Assembly: GCA_028110365.1 (NCBI GenBank)
Contig: JAOGVT010000003.1
Span: 9,101 to 73,100, forward strand
Direction: 5' to 3'
Length of the DNA: 64,000 nucleotides
Origin: Flavobacteriales bacterium
GTDB taxonomy: Bacteria > Bacteroidota > Bacteroidia > Flavobacteriales > UBA7430
Shown: positions 27,298-37,737 of the stretch, in pieces
Layout of the letters: every line of letters starts with the position of its first letter
Position numbering within the stretch: the first letter of the stretch is position 1
Notes under the pieces: generated by a model
What the model was told of the DNA's origin: nothing
The model's input: only the letters and a program-made list of their open reading frames with translations
Databases searched by the model: none
Program-made: the position numbers and the translations under genes

Positions 27298-29844
27298 TTA
27301 TTTTACTTTTTTGGCTCTAGGTTTTGTTATTTTTATTTTTATGGATTCATTCTTTTTATCCATATCTACCAAAAGTTTATCACCTTCAGTAATATTTTTA
27401 GCTATAATTTCTTCAGCCAAAATATCTTCTACATATTTCTGAATAGCTCTTTTAAGAGGTCTTGCGCCGTATGCAGCATCAAATCCTTTGTCCGCAATAA
27501 AGTCTTTGGCAGCATCCGTTATTTTTGGTGTAAAGCCAATGTTTTTTATACGTAAAAACAGCTTGTTTAATTCTATATCTATAATTTGATGAATGTCATC
27601 TTTTGTAAGTGAGTTGAATAAAACAACATCATCAATACGATTTAAGAATTCCGGAGCAAAAGTTTTCTTTAAAGAGCCCTCTAAAACACTTTTAGTATGT
27701 TCATCAAGATTGCTTTTTCTCGCAGAAGTACTAAAACCAACACCAGAGCCAAACTCTTTTAATTTTCGAGTTCCAATGTTAGAAGTCATAATGATAATTG
27801 TGTTTTTAAAATCAATTTTCCTCCCCAAACTATCGGTAAGAATTCCATCATCAAGTGCTTGCAATAGTAAATTAAAAACATCTGGATGCGCTTTTTCTAT
27901 TTCATCCAACAATATAACAGAATAAGGTTTCCTTCTAACGCGTTCAGTTAGCTGCCCACCTTCTTCGTATCCAACATAGCCCGGAGGCGCACCAACAAGT
28001 CTAGAAATGGAGAACTTTTCCATATACTCACTCATATCAATACGAATCATTGAAGAGTCGTTGTCAAAAAGAAATTTTGACAACTCCTTAGCGAGCTGAG
28101 TTTTTCCAACTCCTGTGGGCCCTAAGAAAATAAAAGAACCTATGGGTTTGTTTGGATCCTTAAGGCCAACTCTATTTCTTTGAATTGCAAGAACAATTTT
28201 TGCAATGGCATCGTCTTGTCCAATTACATTTTCCTTCAATTGGCTAGTCATACTTGATAACTTCGAGTTCTCTTTCTCGGCAATACGATTAACAGGTATT
28301 CCTGTCATCATAGCAATCACTTCTGCCACATCTTGTTCTGTAACCGTTTCACGGTTAGATTTCACCTGTTCTTCCCAAGAAATTTGAGCTTCTAATAATT
28401 CATTTTCGGTTTGCTTTTCATTGTCTCTTAGTTGAGCAGCTTTTTCATAACGTTGTTGTTTAACAACATCAACTTTTTGTAAACGTATTTCAGTAAGTTT
28501 TGCTTCAAGAGCGATAATTGATTTTGGAACATTAATGTTTGTAATATGCACTCTTGAACCAGCTTCATCTAGAGCATCAATGGCTTTATCAGGAAGATGT
28601 CTATCACTTATGTATCTACTCGTTAAATTGACACAAGCATTTATTGCTTCATCAGTATAGGTAACATTATGATGCACTTCGTAGCGATCTTTGATGTTCA
28701 TTAAAATTTGAACAGATTCTTCATTCGTAGTTGGTTCAACCAATACTTTCTGAAATCTGCGTTCTAATGCACCATCTTTCTCAATATGTTGTCTATACTC
28801 ATCTAATGTTGTTGCACCTATACATTGAAGCTCTCCTCTTGCGAGAGCGGGTTTAAACATATTTGAGGCATCTAAACTACCGGCAGCTCCGCCAGCTCCA
28901 ACTATTGTATGAATTTCATCTATAAAAAGGATGATGTTAGGATTCTTTTCCAATTCGTTTAAAACGGCTTTCATACGTTCTTCGAACTGACCACGGTATT
29001 TTGTTCCTGCAACTAAAGAAGCCAAGTCGAGCGTTACAATTCTTTTGTCAAACAGTACTCTAGAGACCTTTTTTTGTACGATGCGAAGAGCCAATCCTTC
29101 TGCGATAGCAGATTTACCGACACCGGGCTCACCAATTAACATCGGATTGTTCTTTTTACGACGAGATAAAATTTGTGAAACACGTTCAATTTCTTTCTCT
29201 CGACCAACAACTGGATCAAGTTTATTGTCTTCAGCAAATTTGGTTAAATCTCTGCCGAAATTATCAAGTACAGGTGTTTTAGATTTTTTAGAATGTGTGC
29301 TCTTTTTTTCAGATCTAAAATCGCTTGAATCTCGACTCTCGAATTCATCATCATCATCGTTTTTAGATAAGTTTTCAACTCTAAAGGGTTGCTCAATATT
29401 GGAATCAGATGCAAGATCTTCAAATTGAGCTTTTACATTATGATAGTTAACGTTTAATTGCTGGAGTAAATGTGCTGTTGGATCAGCTTCATTTCTTAAA
29501 ATACAGAGCAGCAGATGAGGCGTTCCAATAACATCACTATTGTAAAGTTTTGCTTCTAAAAAGGTTGTTTTTAAGGCTTTTTCTGCTTGTTTGGTAAGCG
29601 GAATATTGGTGTTGCTGTTTTGAGAATTTGAAGTCCCATTAGCGCAAAGATTTTCAACCTTTTTTCTTAGCGATTTTACGTCGAGTCCGAGAATGATTAA
29701 CAATTCGATGGCAACCCCTTCGCCTTCTCTTAAAATCCCCAATAACAAATGCTCAGTACCAATATAATTATGACCCAAACGAATGGCTTCTTCCTTACTA
29801 AACTGAATTACATCTTTAACTCTTGGTGAGAAATTATCGTCCAT
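27298..29844 (-). CDS. clpC: ATP-dependent Clp protease ATP-binding subunit ClpC
   Basis: Clp N repeats, GEPGVGKS, UVR-like middle domain, GPTGVGKT, GARPL; -7 element TATCTTTG at 29882-29889. Confidence 0.95.
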   Translation of the reverse strand: MDDNFSPRVKDVIQFSKEEAIRLGHNYIGTEHLLLGILREGEGVAIELLIILGLDVKSLRKKVENLCANGTSNSQNSNTNIPLTKQAEKALKTTFLEAKLYNSDVIGTPHLLLCILRNEADPTAHLLQQLNVNYHNVKAQFEDLASDSNIEQPFRVENLSKNDDDDEFESRDSSDFRSEKKSTHSKKSKTPVLDNFGRDLTKFAEDNKLDPVVGREKEIERVSQILSRRKKNNPMLIGEPGVGKSAIAEGLALRIVQKKVSRVLFDKRIVTLDLASLVAGTKYRGQFEERMKAVLNELEKNPNIILFIDEIHTIVGAGGAAGSLDASNMFKPALARGELQCIGATTLDEYRQHIEKDGALERRFQKVLVEPTTNEESVQILMNIKDRYEVHHNVTYTDEAINACVNLTSRYISDRHLPDKAIDALDEAGSRVHITNINVPKSIIALEAKLTEIRLQKVDVVKQQRYEKAAQLRDNEKQTENELLEAQISWEEQVKSNRETVTEQDVAEVIAMMTGIPVNRIAEKENSKLSSMTSQLKENVIGQDDAIAKIVLAIQRNRVGLKDPNKPIGSFIFLGPTGVGKTQLAKELSKFLFDNDSSMIRIDMSEYMEKFSISRLVGAPPGYVGYEEGGQLTERVRRKPYSVILLDEIEKAHPDVFNLLLQALDDGILTDSLGRKIDFKNTIIIMTSNIGTRKLKEFGSGVGFSTSARKSNLDEHTKSVLEGSLKKTFAPEFLNRIDDVVLFNSLTKDDIHQIIDIELNKLFLRIKNIGFTPKITDAAKDFIADKGFDAAYGARPLKRAIQKYVEDILAEEIIAKNITEGDKLLVDMDKKNESIKIKITKPRAKKVK

Positions 29845-30057
29845 AATATATCTATTTTCTATCTTATTAATGCTCTACAGTCAAAGATATGCACCTTTTG
29901 AATACAAAGTTTATATAGTTGGTAGTTTTTTCAACATTTTAACGATGTAAATTGTTAATTATTTCCATTAGACTTGAGTTAATAAGTAGTCAATTTACAC
30001 TATATTCGTATGTCTTAAAAAAAATGAAACAGAATACAAATCATAATAGCACAATAA

Positions 30058-32586
30058 ATGTCTGACGGAGAAAAGATTATACCTATAAATATTGAAGAGG
30101 AAATGAAATCTGCTTACATCGATTATTCGATGTCTGTTATCGTTTCTCGTGCCTTACCAGATGTAAGAGATGGATTTAAGCCCGTTCACCGAAGAGTACT
30201 ATTTGGTATGCATGAGTTGGGTATTCGTTCTTCTGGAGCTCACAAAAAATCAGCAAGAATTGTTGGTGAAGTACTAGGTAAGTATCACCCTCATGGAGAT
30301 TCATCAGTTTACGATTCTATGGTTCGTATGGCTCAAGATTGGTCTTTGCGTTACATGCTTGTAGATGGTCAAGGTAATTTTGGTTCAATCGATGGTGATA
30401 GTCCTGCAGCAATGCGTTACACCGAAGCAAGATTGAAAAAGATTTCCGAAGAAATGTTGAAAGATATTGATAAGGAAACCGTTGACTTTAGATTAAATTT
30501 TGACGACTCTTTACAAGAACCTACTGTTCTCCCATCTAGAGTGCCAAACTTATTAATAAACGGCGCCTCAGGTATTGCGGTAGGTATGGCAACAAACATG
30601 CCTCCTCACAACATTACTGAAGTTATTAATGCGACCACTGCATATATCGAAAACAACGATATAGATACGGAAGGTTTAATGAACTACGTAAAAGCACCGG
30701 ATTTCCCTACAGGTGGTACCATTTACGGTTACGATGGTGTTAAAAACGCATTCGAAACCGGAAAAGGTAGAATTGTTTTGAGAGCTAAAACTGCTTTTGA
30801 GGAAGTTGACGGGAGAGATTGTATTATTGTTACCGAAATACCCTATATGGTTAACAAAGCCGATATGATTAAGAAAACGGCTGACTTGGTAAACGATAAG
30901 AAATTGGAAGGAATCTCTGATATACGAGATGAGTCTGACCGTAATGGTATGCGTATAGTCTATATTTTAAAACGCGATGCGATACCCAACATTGTACTAA
31001 ATAAATTATTTAAATACACTTCTTTACAAAACTCATTTTCAGTAAACAACATAGCGCTTGTTAAAGGCAGACCGATGTTGCTTACGCTAAAAGAGATGAT
31101 TAAATACTTCGTTGAACACAGACATGAAGTTGTTGTTAGAAGAACAGAATATGAATTAAAACAAGCGAATAAAAGAGCTCATATTTTAGAAGGTTTGTTG
31201 ATTGCTCTAAATAATCTTGATGAGATTATTGCATTAATAAAAGCCTCTAAAACACCCGAAATTGCAAGAGAAGGACTCATGAATAATTACAGTCTTTCTG
31301 AAATTCAAGCTAGAGCTATACTTGATTTGAGACTTCAAAAACTGACAGGCTTAGAGCAAGATAAAATTAAAGAAGAACATCTTGAATTAATGAAACTCAT
31401 TGCGCACTTAGAAAACATATTAGGTGACGAAGCAATGCGAATGAGCATCATAAAGGATGAGTTGTTAGAAATTCGTGAGAAGTACGGAGATGAAAGAAGA
31501 ACTGAAATCGAATACGCTGGTGGAGATCTAAACATTGAAGATATGATTCCTAACGCTGAAGTCGTTATTACAATTTCACATTTAGGATACATAAAGCGAA
31601 CCTTACTATCGGAATATAAAACACAAAGTAGAGGAGGAGTAGGTTCTAAAGGTGCAACGACAAGAGATAAGGACTTTGTGGAACAAATATTTATGGCAAC
31701 AAACCATAACTATATGTTATTCTTTACCGAAAAAGGAAAATGTTTCTGGTTAAAAGTATACGAAATCCCCGAAGGATCGAAAACAGCTAAAGGTAGAGCC
31801 ATTCAAAATTTAATTAATTTAGAGCCAGACGATAAAGTAATGGCTTTCTTGAATGTAGATAATCTTAAAGATGAAGATTACATTAACAACCACCACATTA
31901 TTATGTGTACTAAGCGTGGTGTTATTAAAAAGACAACACTAGAGGCTTATTCACGTCCACGTATTAACGGGATTAATGCAATAGGTATCCGCGAAGACGA
32001 TCAACTTTTAGAAGCTAAATTAACCACAGGAGATTCATTTATAATGCTTGCTGCTAAATCTGGTAAAGCCATAAGATTCCACGAAGATGCTACACGACCA
32101 ATGGGTAGAAATGCTTCTGGTGTTAGAGGAATTCGTATTGAAGATACCGATGAAGTAATTGGAATGATATGCGTTAATGACGAAGAATCTAATGTGCTAG
32201 TTGTTTCCGAAAATGGTTACGGAAAACGTTCTAAAATAGATGATTATAGAATCACTAATCGTGGTGGTAAAGGGGTAAAAACCATTAGTATTACAGAAAA
32301 AACTGGTAATTTAATTGCCATTAAAAACGTTTCAGATGAAAATGATTTAATGATTATTAAAAAATCAGGAGTTGCCATTCGATTAGAGGTAGAAAAAATG
32401 CGTGTGATGGGAAGAGCAACCCAAGGTGTACGTTTAATTACCCTTAAAAGCAACGACTATATTGCAGCTGTAGCCAAAGTAAATAAAGACGAGGAAGAGG
32501 AGAGTGAGCTAATTGAAAGTGAAGAAAATACCACTAATGAATCCTCAAACGATATAAACCCAGAAGAAAATAATCAAGAAGAATAG
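30058..32586 (+). CDS. gyrA: DNA gyrase subunit A
   Basis: YHPHGDS, AAMRYTE, GyrA-box QSRGGVG, acidic tail. Confidence 0.97.
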   Translation: MSDGEKIIPINIEEEMKSAYIDYSMSVIVSRALPDVRDGFKPVHRRVLFGMHELGIRSSGAHKKSARIVGEVLGKYHPHGDSSVYDSMVRMAQDWSLRYMLVDGQGNFGSIDGDSPAAMRYTEARLKKISEEMLKDIDKETVDFRLNFDDSLQEPTVLPSRVPNLLINGASGIAVGMATNMPPHNITEVINATTAYIENNDIDTEGLMNYVKAPDFPTGGTIYGYDGVKNAFETGKGRIVLRAKTAFEEVDGRDCIIVTEIPYMVNKADMIKKTADLVNDKKLEGISDIRDESDRNGMRIVYILKRDAIPNIVLNKLFKYTSLQNSFSVNNIALVKGRPMLLTLKEMIKYFVEHRHEVVVRRTEYELKQANKRAHILEGLLIALNNLDEIIALIKASKTPEIAREGLMNNYSLSEIQARAILDLRLQKLTGLEQDKIKEEHLELMKLIAHLENILGDEAMRMSIIKDELLEIREKYGDERRTEIEYAGGDLNIEDMIPNAEVVITISHLGYIKRTLLSEYKTQSRGGVGSKGATTRDKDFVEQIFMATNHNYMLFFTEKGKCFWLKVYEIPEGSKTAKGRAIQNLINLEPDDKVMAFLNVDNLKDEDYINNHHIIMCTKRGVIKKTTLEAYSRPRINGINAIGIREDDQLLEAKLTTGDSFIMLAAKSGKAIRFHEDATRPMGRNASGVRGIRIEDTDEVIGMICVNDEESNVLVVSENGYGKRSKIDDYRITNRGGKGVKTISITEKTGNLIAIKNVSDENDLMIIKKSGVAIRLEVEKMRVMGRATQGVRLITLKSNDYIAAVAKVNKDEEEESELIESEENTTNESSNDINPEENNQEE

Positions 32587-32588
32587 TA

Positions 32589-33746
32589 ATGAAAAAAGGA
32601 ATTTTTATACTCGCAATCACCCTATTTATAGGCGAATCTTATGCGCAAAAATCAGACCTGACTAGCGCAATTTTATCTTATCGAAAACAAGATATGCCAA
32701 CGGCTAGGAAATACATAGACCAAGCAGATGTTAAACTCGAAGAAGGAGGTACCTTAAAAGCAAAAGATTTAAGTAAGTTCCTTTACCACAAGGGCTTGGT
32801 TTATTTTTCTTTATTTGAAGCAACAAAAGAAACACCTTTATTAGATGTAGCAACCAGTGCTTTTAGAGAAGACACCAAAGTAGAAGGTACCGCTTTTTAC
32901 AAAAAATCTAAAACAGAATTGTTGCGATGTGCCTACTCATATGGAAATATTGCATACGATAAATACGATGCAAAAGAATTTAATGAAGCCTTAGTCTTAT
33001 TTGAGAAAATAGTAGCTGTTAATGCTTCTAGTGCAATCGCAAAGATAGATACTTCAAACATCTTTAATGCCTCATTAATGGCCATTCAAGCCAAAGATTC
33101 TGATAAATCCATAGAACTGATTTTACGCTTATTAGAATTAGATCCTACTAATGGTGAATACCACATGTCTTTAGTAAAAGAATATGGGAAAATTGAAAAT
33201 ACACAAGCTCAATTAAATGCACTCAAAAATGGTAGAAAATTAGCACCTAACCATACAGGGCTTATTTTTGAAGAGGTTAACTACTATTTGGCTCAAAATG
33301 ATAACGATGCTTTACTAAAAAGTTTAGATGTTGCAATAAAAGCTGCACCAGAAAATAAAATTCTTCAATTTGCCAAAGGCATGGCTCTGGGTAACCTAAA
33401 AAAATACAACGAAGCTACATTAGCTTACCAGGAAGCAATAAAAATTGATGCTGATTATTTTGATGCTTACAACAATTTAGCAGGATTGTTTTTAGACCAA
33501 ACCGTGGCATTGATTGAGAAGATGAATTCATTAGGCTTGAGTCAAGCTGACCAAAAGAAATACGCATCTATTAAAAAGAAACGTAATCTTTTATACATCT
33601 CTGCTAAACCACATTTAGAAGAAGCTGTTAGAATAGATGATTCCGCAATTGAAGTATTAACTGCTCTGAAGGAAGTTTGTTATCAAACTGATGATATTGA
33701 TTGCTGGAAAAGAGTTAACGCTAGAATTAAAGAACTTCAAAAATAA
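32589..33746 (+). CDS. Exported TPR protein
   Basis: Signal peptide, repeated TPR helices, usual gyrA-downstream position. Confidence 0.85.
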   Translation: MKKGIFILAITLFIGESYAQKSDLTSAILSYRKQDMPTARKYIDQADVKLEEGGTLKAKDLSKFLYHKGLVYFSLFEATKETPLLDVATSAFREDTKVEGTAFYKKSKTELLRCAYSYGNIAYDKYDAKEFNEALVLFEKIVAVNASSAIAKIDTSNIFNASLMAIQAKDSDKSIELILRLLELDPTNGEYHMSLVKEYGKIENTQAQLNALKNGRKLAPNHTGLIFEEVNYYLAQNDNDALLKSLDVAIKAAPENKILQFAKGMALGNLKKYNEATLAYQEAIKIDADYFDAYNNLAGLFLDQTVALIEKMNSLGLSQADQKKYASIKKKRNLLYISAKPHLEEAVRIDDSAIEVLTALKEVCYQTDDIDCWKRVNARIKELQK

Positions 33747-33749
33747 TAT

Positions 33750-33782
33750 AGAGGACAAGTTTAAAACCTTGTCTTTCTTTTT
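33750..33782 (+). terminator. Intrinsic terminator after gyrA-TPR
   Basis: AGGACAAG/CTTGTCTT stem plus T-rich tail. Confidence 0.6.
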
Positions 33783-33791
33783 AAATTTACA

Positions 33792-33819
33792 ATTTAACAT
33801 AATATATATTATAAGACAA
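33792..33819 (-). other. dif/pdif-like XerC/XerD recombination site
   Basis: Minus strand TTGTCTTATAA-TATATA-TTATGTTAAAT: 11-6-11 layout, XerD arm identical to E. coli dif. Confidence 0.82.
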
Positions 33820-33889
33820 TAGTAAGGAAGGTGAAAATTCTTAGAATTAGATGCAAGAAATAAATCTTATGGGTTTTATCACAATTGGA

Positions 33890-34852
33890 CTAATTACTAT
33901 ATTGATGTTGACCTTCTAAAATTAACTTTGAGAGTTTAACAGTAAATACTTCAGCACCTAATTTGTTCATGTGTTGAGAGTCGTAAAAATAATTTTTATT
34001 AAACGAAATTTCTGGATCATGAGAAAAATCCATAAACCTTATGTTGTGTTTCTTTGCTAAATTGGTGTATTCTTGAACCCCGTTATTAATTGCTAAATGA
34101 TACAAAGGCGGATACACCAAAATTAGATTGATGTTATGGGTGTTACACATAACAATGAATTCTTCAAAAAGATCGAGTAATTCATCGTCAAACTTAAATT
34201 CATCAGGGTAATTTAATTTAGTATTTAGCTCGATGAACTTGGCGTAGTTTTCATCAGTCCAATTAAAATCATCTTCTCTATATCCTTTGTAAAGTGGCGA
34301 TTTAATTAAATGAACGTTAAAAAAACTTAGAAACCCCTCTAAAAGAGCCAAAGGTTTGCCGTTGTATTTAGTAAAAGGTAAATAATTAACAATTTGAGAA
34401 ATGTTTTTGCCAGAACTATTGAGCATGTTTCTTATTTCAGCATCTTCAAAATAAGGTAGGAACTTTTCGTACAAAAAAATCTCGTCAGTAAACCCTTTTA
34501 ATGTGTTTGTACTTACTACTTGAACAATCGTTTGTGGTGTAGTATTGTACTGAAGATACTTAGTGATTAATGTATTTTGTGTAAGGAAATTATTGCCATC
34601 TAAAGAAATATTGTAACTATTGGTACGTAACAAACTGTCTAAAATTTTTGGAGAAAATTGAACATATCCTTTAGAAGAGCCATTAATGAGTAGATCGGCG
34701 TTCATAGATCCGCTAAATATTTTAGAAAAATTATCGTAATGAATACTATTAGATTTACGCAAACCCTTAGTCACAATAAAATCTATTGAGTAAACTGTTA
34801 ACGCAACAATGGCAGAAAATTTAATAGAATTTTTTAGTAGTTTAGATAACAT
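33890..34852 (-). CDS. SGNH-fold (AlgJ/PatB/DltD-like) periplasmic acyltransferase/esterase
   Basis: N-terminal TM anchor, block I LINGSS, SYNISLDG, C-terminal DxxH (DSQH); directly after the MBOAT gene. Confidence 0.68.
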   Translation of the reverse strand: MLSKLLKNSIKFSAIVALTVYSIDFIVTKGLRKSNSIHYDNFSKIFSGSMNADLLINGSSKGYVQFSPKILDSLLRTNSYNISLDGNNFLTQNTLITKYLQYNTTPQTIVQVVSTNTLKGFTDEIFLYEKFLPYFEDAEIRNMLNSSGKNISQIVNYLPFTKYNGKPLALLEGFLSFFNVHLIKSPLYKGYREDDFNWTDENYAKFIELNTKLNYPDEFKFDDELLDLFEEFIVMCNTHNINLILVYPPLYHLAINNGVQEYTNLAKKHNIRFMDFSHDPEISFNKNYFYDSQHMNKLGAEVFTVKLSKLILEGQHQYSN

Positions 34853-34855
34853 ATC

Positions 34856-36319
34856 TTAAAAATTAAAATAAATAAATTTTTCATGAGATCCGTGAAAGAA
34901 AATAATCATTAATACTAATGATAGGTAAATTACATAACGAATAAAACTATTGGGTTTATGTGATGTCATACATTCTAAAGGATGGCTATATCTTCTAGTG
35001 AACCATTCAACAACAATTAACAATACAATTAAAAGCGAAACAATTAGAACTTCTAATTTTTGTTTTCCACCGTTTATAAAATCTAATTTCATGAATAGAC
35101 TGTCTGAAAATATTCCTCCAACATAGCTAATTGCGTGCTGAATATTTTCAGCTCTAAAAAAGATCCATGCAAACACTGTTAAACTAAACGTTGATAGCAT
35201 TGCACCAAATTCCTTAATAGATGGTAATAAGCTACCCTCAGCAACAATACCTGTGCTGTTTCTATTAGTATTTGTTAGTAGTAAAGGTAAAAAGTAAAGT
35301 GCGTTAAGAAATCCCCAAACAATAAAAGTCCAATTAGCGCCGTGCCAGAATCCACTAACAATAAAAATCACAAAAGTATTTCTCACTTTCACCAATACTC
35401 CTCCTCTACTTCCGCCAATTGGTATATACAAGTAATCTCTAAACCAAGTACTTAAAGAAATGTGCCATCGCCTCCAGAATTCTGCAATATCTCTTGAAAA
35501 GTATGGTGTAGCGAAATTTTGTTTTAAATTAAATCCAAATAGTCGAGATATTCCAATAGCCATATCTGAGTAACCAGAAAAATCACCGTATATCTGAAAA
35601 GTAAAGAAAAACGCACCAAGAACTAAAGAACTCCCATTCAAATCAGCAGAGTTACTAAATACCTGATTGGCAATTTCTGCACAATTATCAGCTATCACTA
35701 CTTTTTTAAACAACCCCCATACTATTTGACGTAAGCCATCTACAGCCTTATCGTATTTAAAAATTCTTTTTTTATAAAACTGAGGAAGTAGGTTTGTTGC
35801 TCTTTCAATAGGTCCAGCTACAAGCTGAGGAAAAAAACAAACAAAGGCTGAAAAAGCTAAAAAATCTTCTGTAGGTTTTAATTTCTTTTTGTAAACATCT
35901 ATTGTATAACTGAGGGTTTGAAATGTGTAAAAACTAATTCCTACTGGAAGTATGATGTTAAGGCTATTGGCGTTAATTTGCATGCCAAAAAAACTAAAAG
36001 CATCAATAAAATTGGTTAAAAAGAAATTGTAATATTTAAAGAATCCTAAAAAGCCTAGATTTACAATAATACTTGAGCCTAACAAAACTTTTCTTTTAAA
36101 ATGACTTTCTTCTACTTTTAGTAGTTTACCTAGAGAAAAATCTACTAGTGTACTAAAAAATATAAGCGACAAAAACCTCCAATCCCACCAGCCATAAAAC
36201 ACGTAGCTAGAAACGACAATAAGTGTATTTTGGAGTCTCAGATTCTTTTGTGTAACAAACCAATAAAGTAAAAATACAATTGGTATAAATACGGCAAAGT
36301 CTAATGAGTTAAAAAGCAT
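34856..36319 (-). CDS. MBOAT O-acyltransferase (AlgI/PatA family)
   Basis: MLFNS start, LPVGISFYTFQ, FPQLVAGPIER, DFSGYSD, EFWRRWHISLS, SGFWHGA. Confidence 0.95.
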   Translation of the reverse strand: MLFNSLDFAVFIPIVFLLYWFVTQKNLRLQNTLIVVSSYVFYGWWDWRFLSLIFFSTLVDFSLGKLLKVEESHFKRKVLLGSSIIVNLGFLGFFKYYNFFLTNFIDAFSFFGMQINANSLNIILPVGISFYTFQTLSYTIDVYKKKLKPTEDFLAFSAFVCFFPQLVAGPIERATNLLPQFYKKRIFKYDKAVDGLRQIVWGLFKKVVIADNCAEIANQVFSNSADLNGSSLVLGAFFFTFQIYGDFSGYSDMAIGISRLFGFNLKQNFATPYFSRDIAEFWRRWHISLSTWFRDYLYIPIGGSRGGVLVKVRNTFVIFIVSGFWHGANWTFIVWGFLNALYFLPLLLTNTNRNSTGIVAEGSLLPSIKEFGAMLSTFSLTVFAWIFFRAENIQHAISYVGGIFSDSLFMKLDFINGGKQKLEVLIVSLLIVLLIVVEWFTRRYSHPLECMTSHKPNSFIRYVIYLSLVLMIIFFHGSHEKFIYFNF

Positions 36320-36528
36320 AAAAAGCAATTATAATTGATTTGTAAATATATAGTAATTCTGTAATCAAAATCCAGCTTTTAAGATATGATAACGAGTTCA
36401 ACAAAATATATTAGTTGAAAATCCCCACATTTATCATCCTAATTTCATTATCAAGTAAGTTAACTTAGAAGCAATCTGACACAATACAATTGCTTAATTA
36501 AATTGTGTATATTTATTAAAAAAATCAA

Positions 36529-36942
36529 ATGAAAAGTATTTTTACTTCCCTAATTGTTACTTCTATTTTGATACTTTATTCTTGTGAAAAATCTAATTCA
36601 ATCTCTTGTCCTGACTTAATTAAGAATGTCAATTTACTGGATTACCCGATAGATGTTTATGGTATTAATGAAATTGAAGTGAATGGAAATCAGTTGTTAA
36701 TAAACGTTTCATATGGTGGCGGTTGTGAAGAACACTATTTTAATCTCATACTAGATAATGCAAGTCCAATAGACGGAGGTGGCCAACAAATAGACGTATT
36801 ACACCTCAGTCATAATGCAAACAACGACGCTTGCAATTCCCAAATTGTAGAGCATCAGTTGTGTTTTGATATTTCAAACTTAGAAATTGGTTATTTGCTT
36901 TATCTTTCTCATCCAGATAGTTTGTATGAATTAAATAAATAA
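36529..36942 (+). CDS. Hypothetical Cys-rich lipoprotein
   Basis: Lipobox LYSC; VSYGGGCEEH and HNANNDAC motifs. Confidence 0.75.
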   Translation: MKSIFTSLIVTSILILYSCEKSNSISCPDLIKNVNLLDYPIDVYGINEIEVNGNQLLINVSYGGGCEEHYFNLILDNASPIDGGGQQIDVLHLSHNANNDACNSQIVEHQLCFDISNLEIGYLLYLSHPDSLYELNK

Positions 36943-37248
36943 TTCGTTTCGTCTAGATTCATTTATAGTGGCTCAACTTGATTTGTATTTCAATTAAAGA
37001 TACTCATCAGAAAGCTATTTGTATTTACATAAAAAACACTCAAAACATATATTTAAAAGACGAGAGACTCCTTAGATTGAGTGAGGAAAAAGTATCTAGG
37101 AATTCTATTAAAATAGATGATTTGGGAAACTTAGCCAATGGTACCAGTACAATTTTATGTAAAATAAACGTTCTACAGTATTCGTTTTAAAGTGCAAAAA
37201 GAATAACAGGAAAAAAGAGTATCTCTTTTAATAAATTTTGAATCTAAT

Positions 37249-37279
37249 AAAAAAAGCCCACTTATTAGAGTGGGCTTTT
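37249..37279 (-). terminator. Terminator of the tRNA Ser-Pro-Arg operon
   Basis: AAAAGCCCACT/AGTGGGCTTTT stem with T-run. Confidence 0.85.
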
Positions 37280-37288
37280 ACATTAATG

Positions 37289-37362
37289 TGAGCCCGGAAG
37301 GATTCGAACCTTCGACCGCCTCCTTAGAAGGGAGGTGCTCTATCCAGCTGAGCTACGAGCCC
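37289..37362 (-). tRNA. tRNA-Arg(TCT)
   Basis: GGGCTCGTAGCTCAGCTGGATAGAGC...CT-TCT-AA...GGTTCGAATCC; CCA not encoded. Confidence 0.96.
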
Positions 37363-37427
37363 AATTTAATGGGAAGTTCATAACCGAGAACCGACGGGAG
37401 TTTAACTCATTAAAAAAAAGAATTTCG

Positions 37428-37502
37428 TCGGGGTGGCAGGATTCGAACCTGCGACCTCCTCGTCCCAAACGAGGCGCGATAACCGGGCTACGCTACACCC
37501 CG
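37428..37502 (-). tRNA. tRNA-Pro(TGG)
   Basis: CGGGGTGTAGCGTAGCCCGGT...TT-TGG-GA...GGTTCGAATCC. Confidence 0.96.
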
Positions 37503-37525
37503 AAATTCTTTTTTAAAAACTATTG

Positions 37526-37614
37526 CGGAGAGACAGGGATTCGAACCCTGGGTACCCGTTGCGGGGTACGACGATTTAGCAAACCGTTCCTTTCGGCCAC
37601 TCAGGCACCTCTCC
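37526..37614 (-). tRNA. tRNA-Ser(GCT)
   Basis: GGAGAGGTGCCTGAGTGGCCGAAAGG...TT-GCT-AA, long variable arm, GGTTCGAATCC. Confidence 0.96.
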
Positions 37615-37645
37615 TATTCAATGAACTTCCTTAAAATAAGGAGTG

Positions 37646-37653
37646 CAAATATA
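37646..37653 (-). promoter_or_regulatory. -7 element (TATATTTG) of the tRNA operon
   Basis: TAnnTTTG match; boxA-like AAGTTCATTGA follows. Confidence 0.75.
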
Positions 37654-37737
37654 GTTTGCTATTTTTTAGTAAACAAGCCTTTAATGAGAGTTTTTTTTAG
37701 AGATTTAATAATAGCCTTACTTACAAGTCAATATAAA

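Noticed and set aside
30283-30330. GyrA quinolone-resistance region
   Set aside because: HGDSSVYD keeps the Ser83 and Asp87 equivalents, so no resistance allele
36396-36423. GTTCAACAAAA-TATATT-AGTTGAAAATC as a second dif-like site
   Set aside because: Only 8/11 to the XerD arm and no XerC arm; at best a TTCAAC/GTTGAA inverted repeat
37335-37634. 99-aa ORF
   Set aside because: Reverse-complement reading of three tRNA genes
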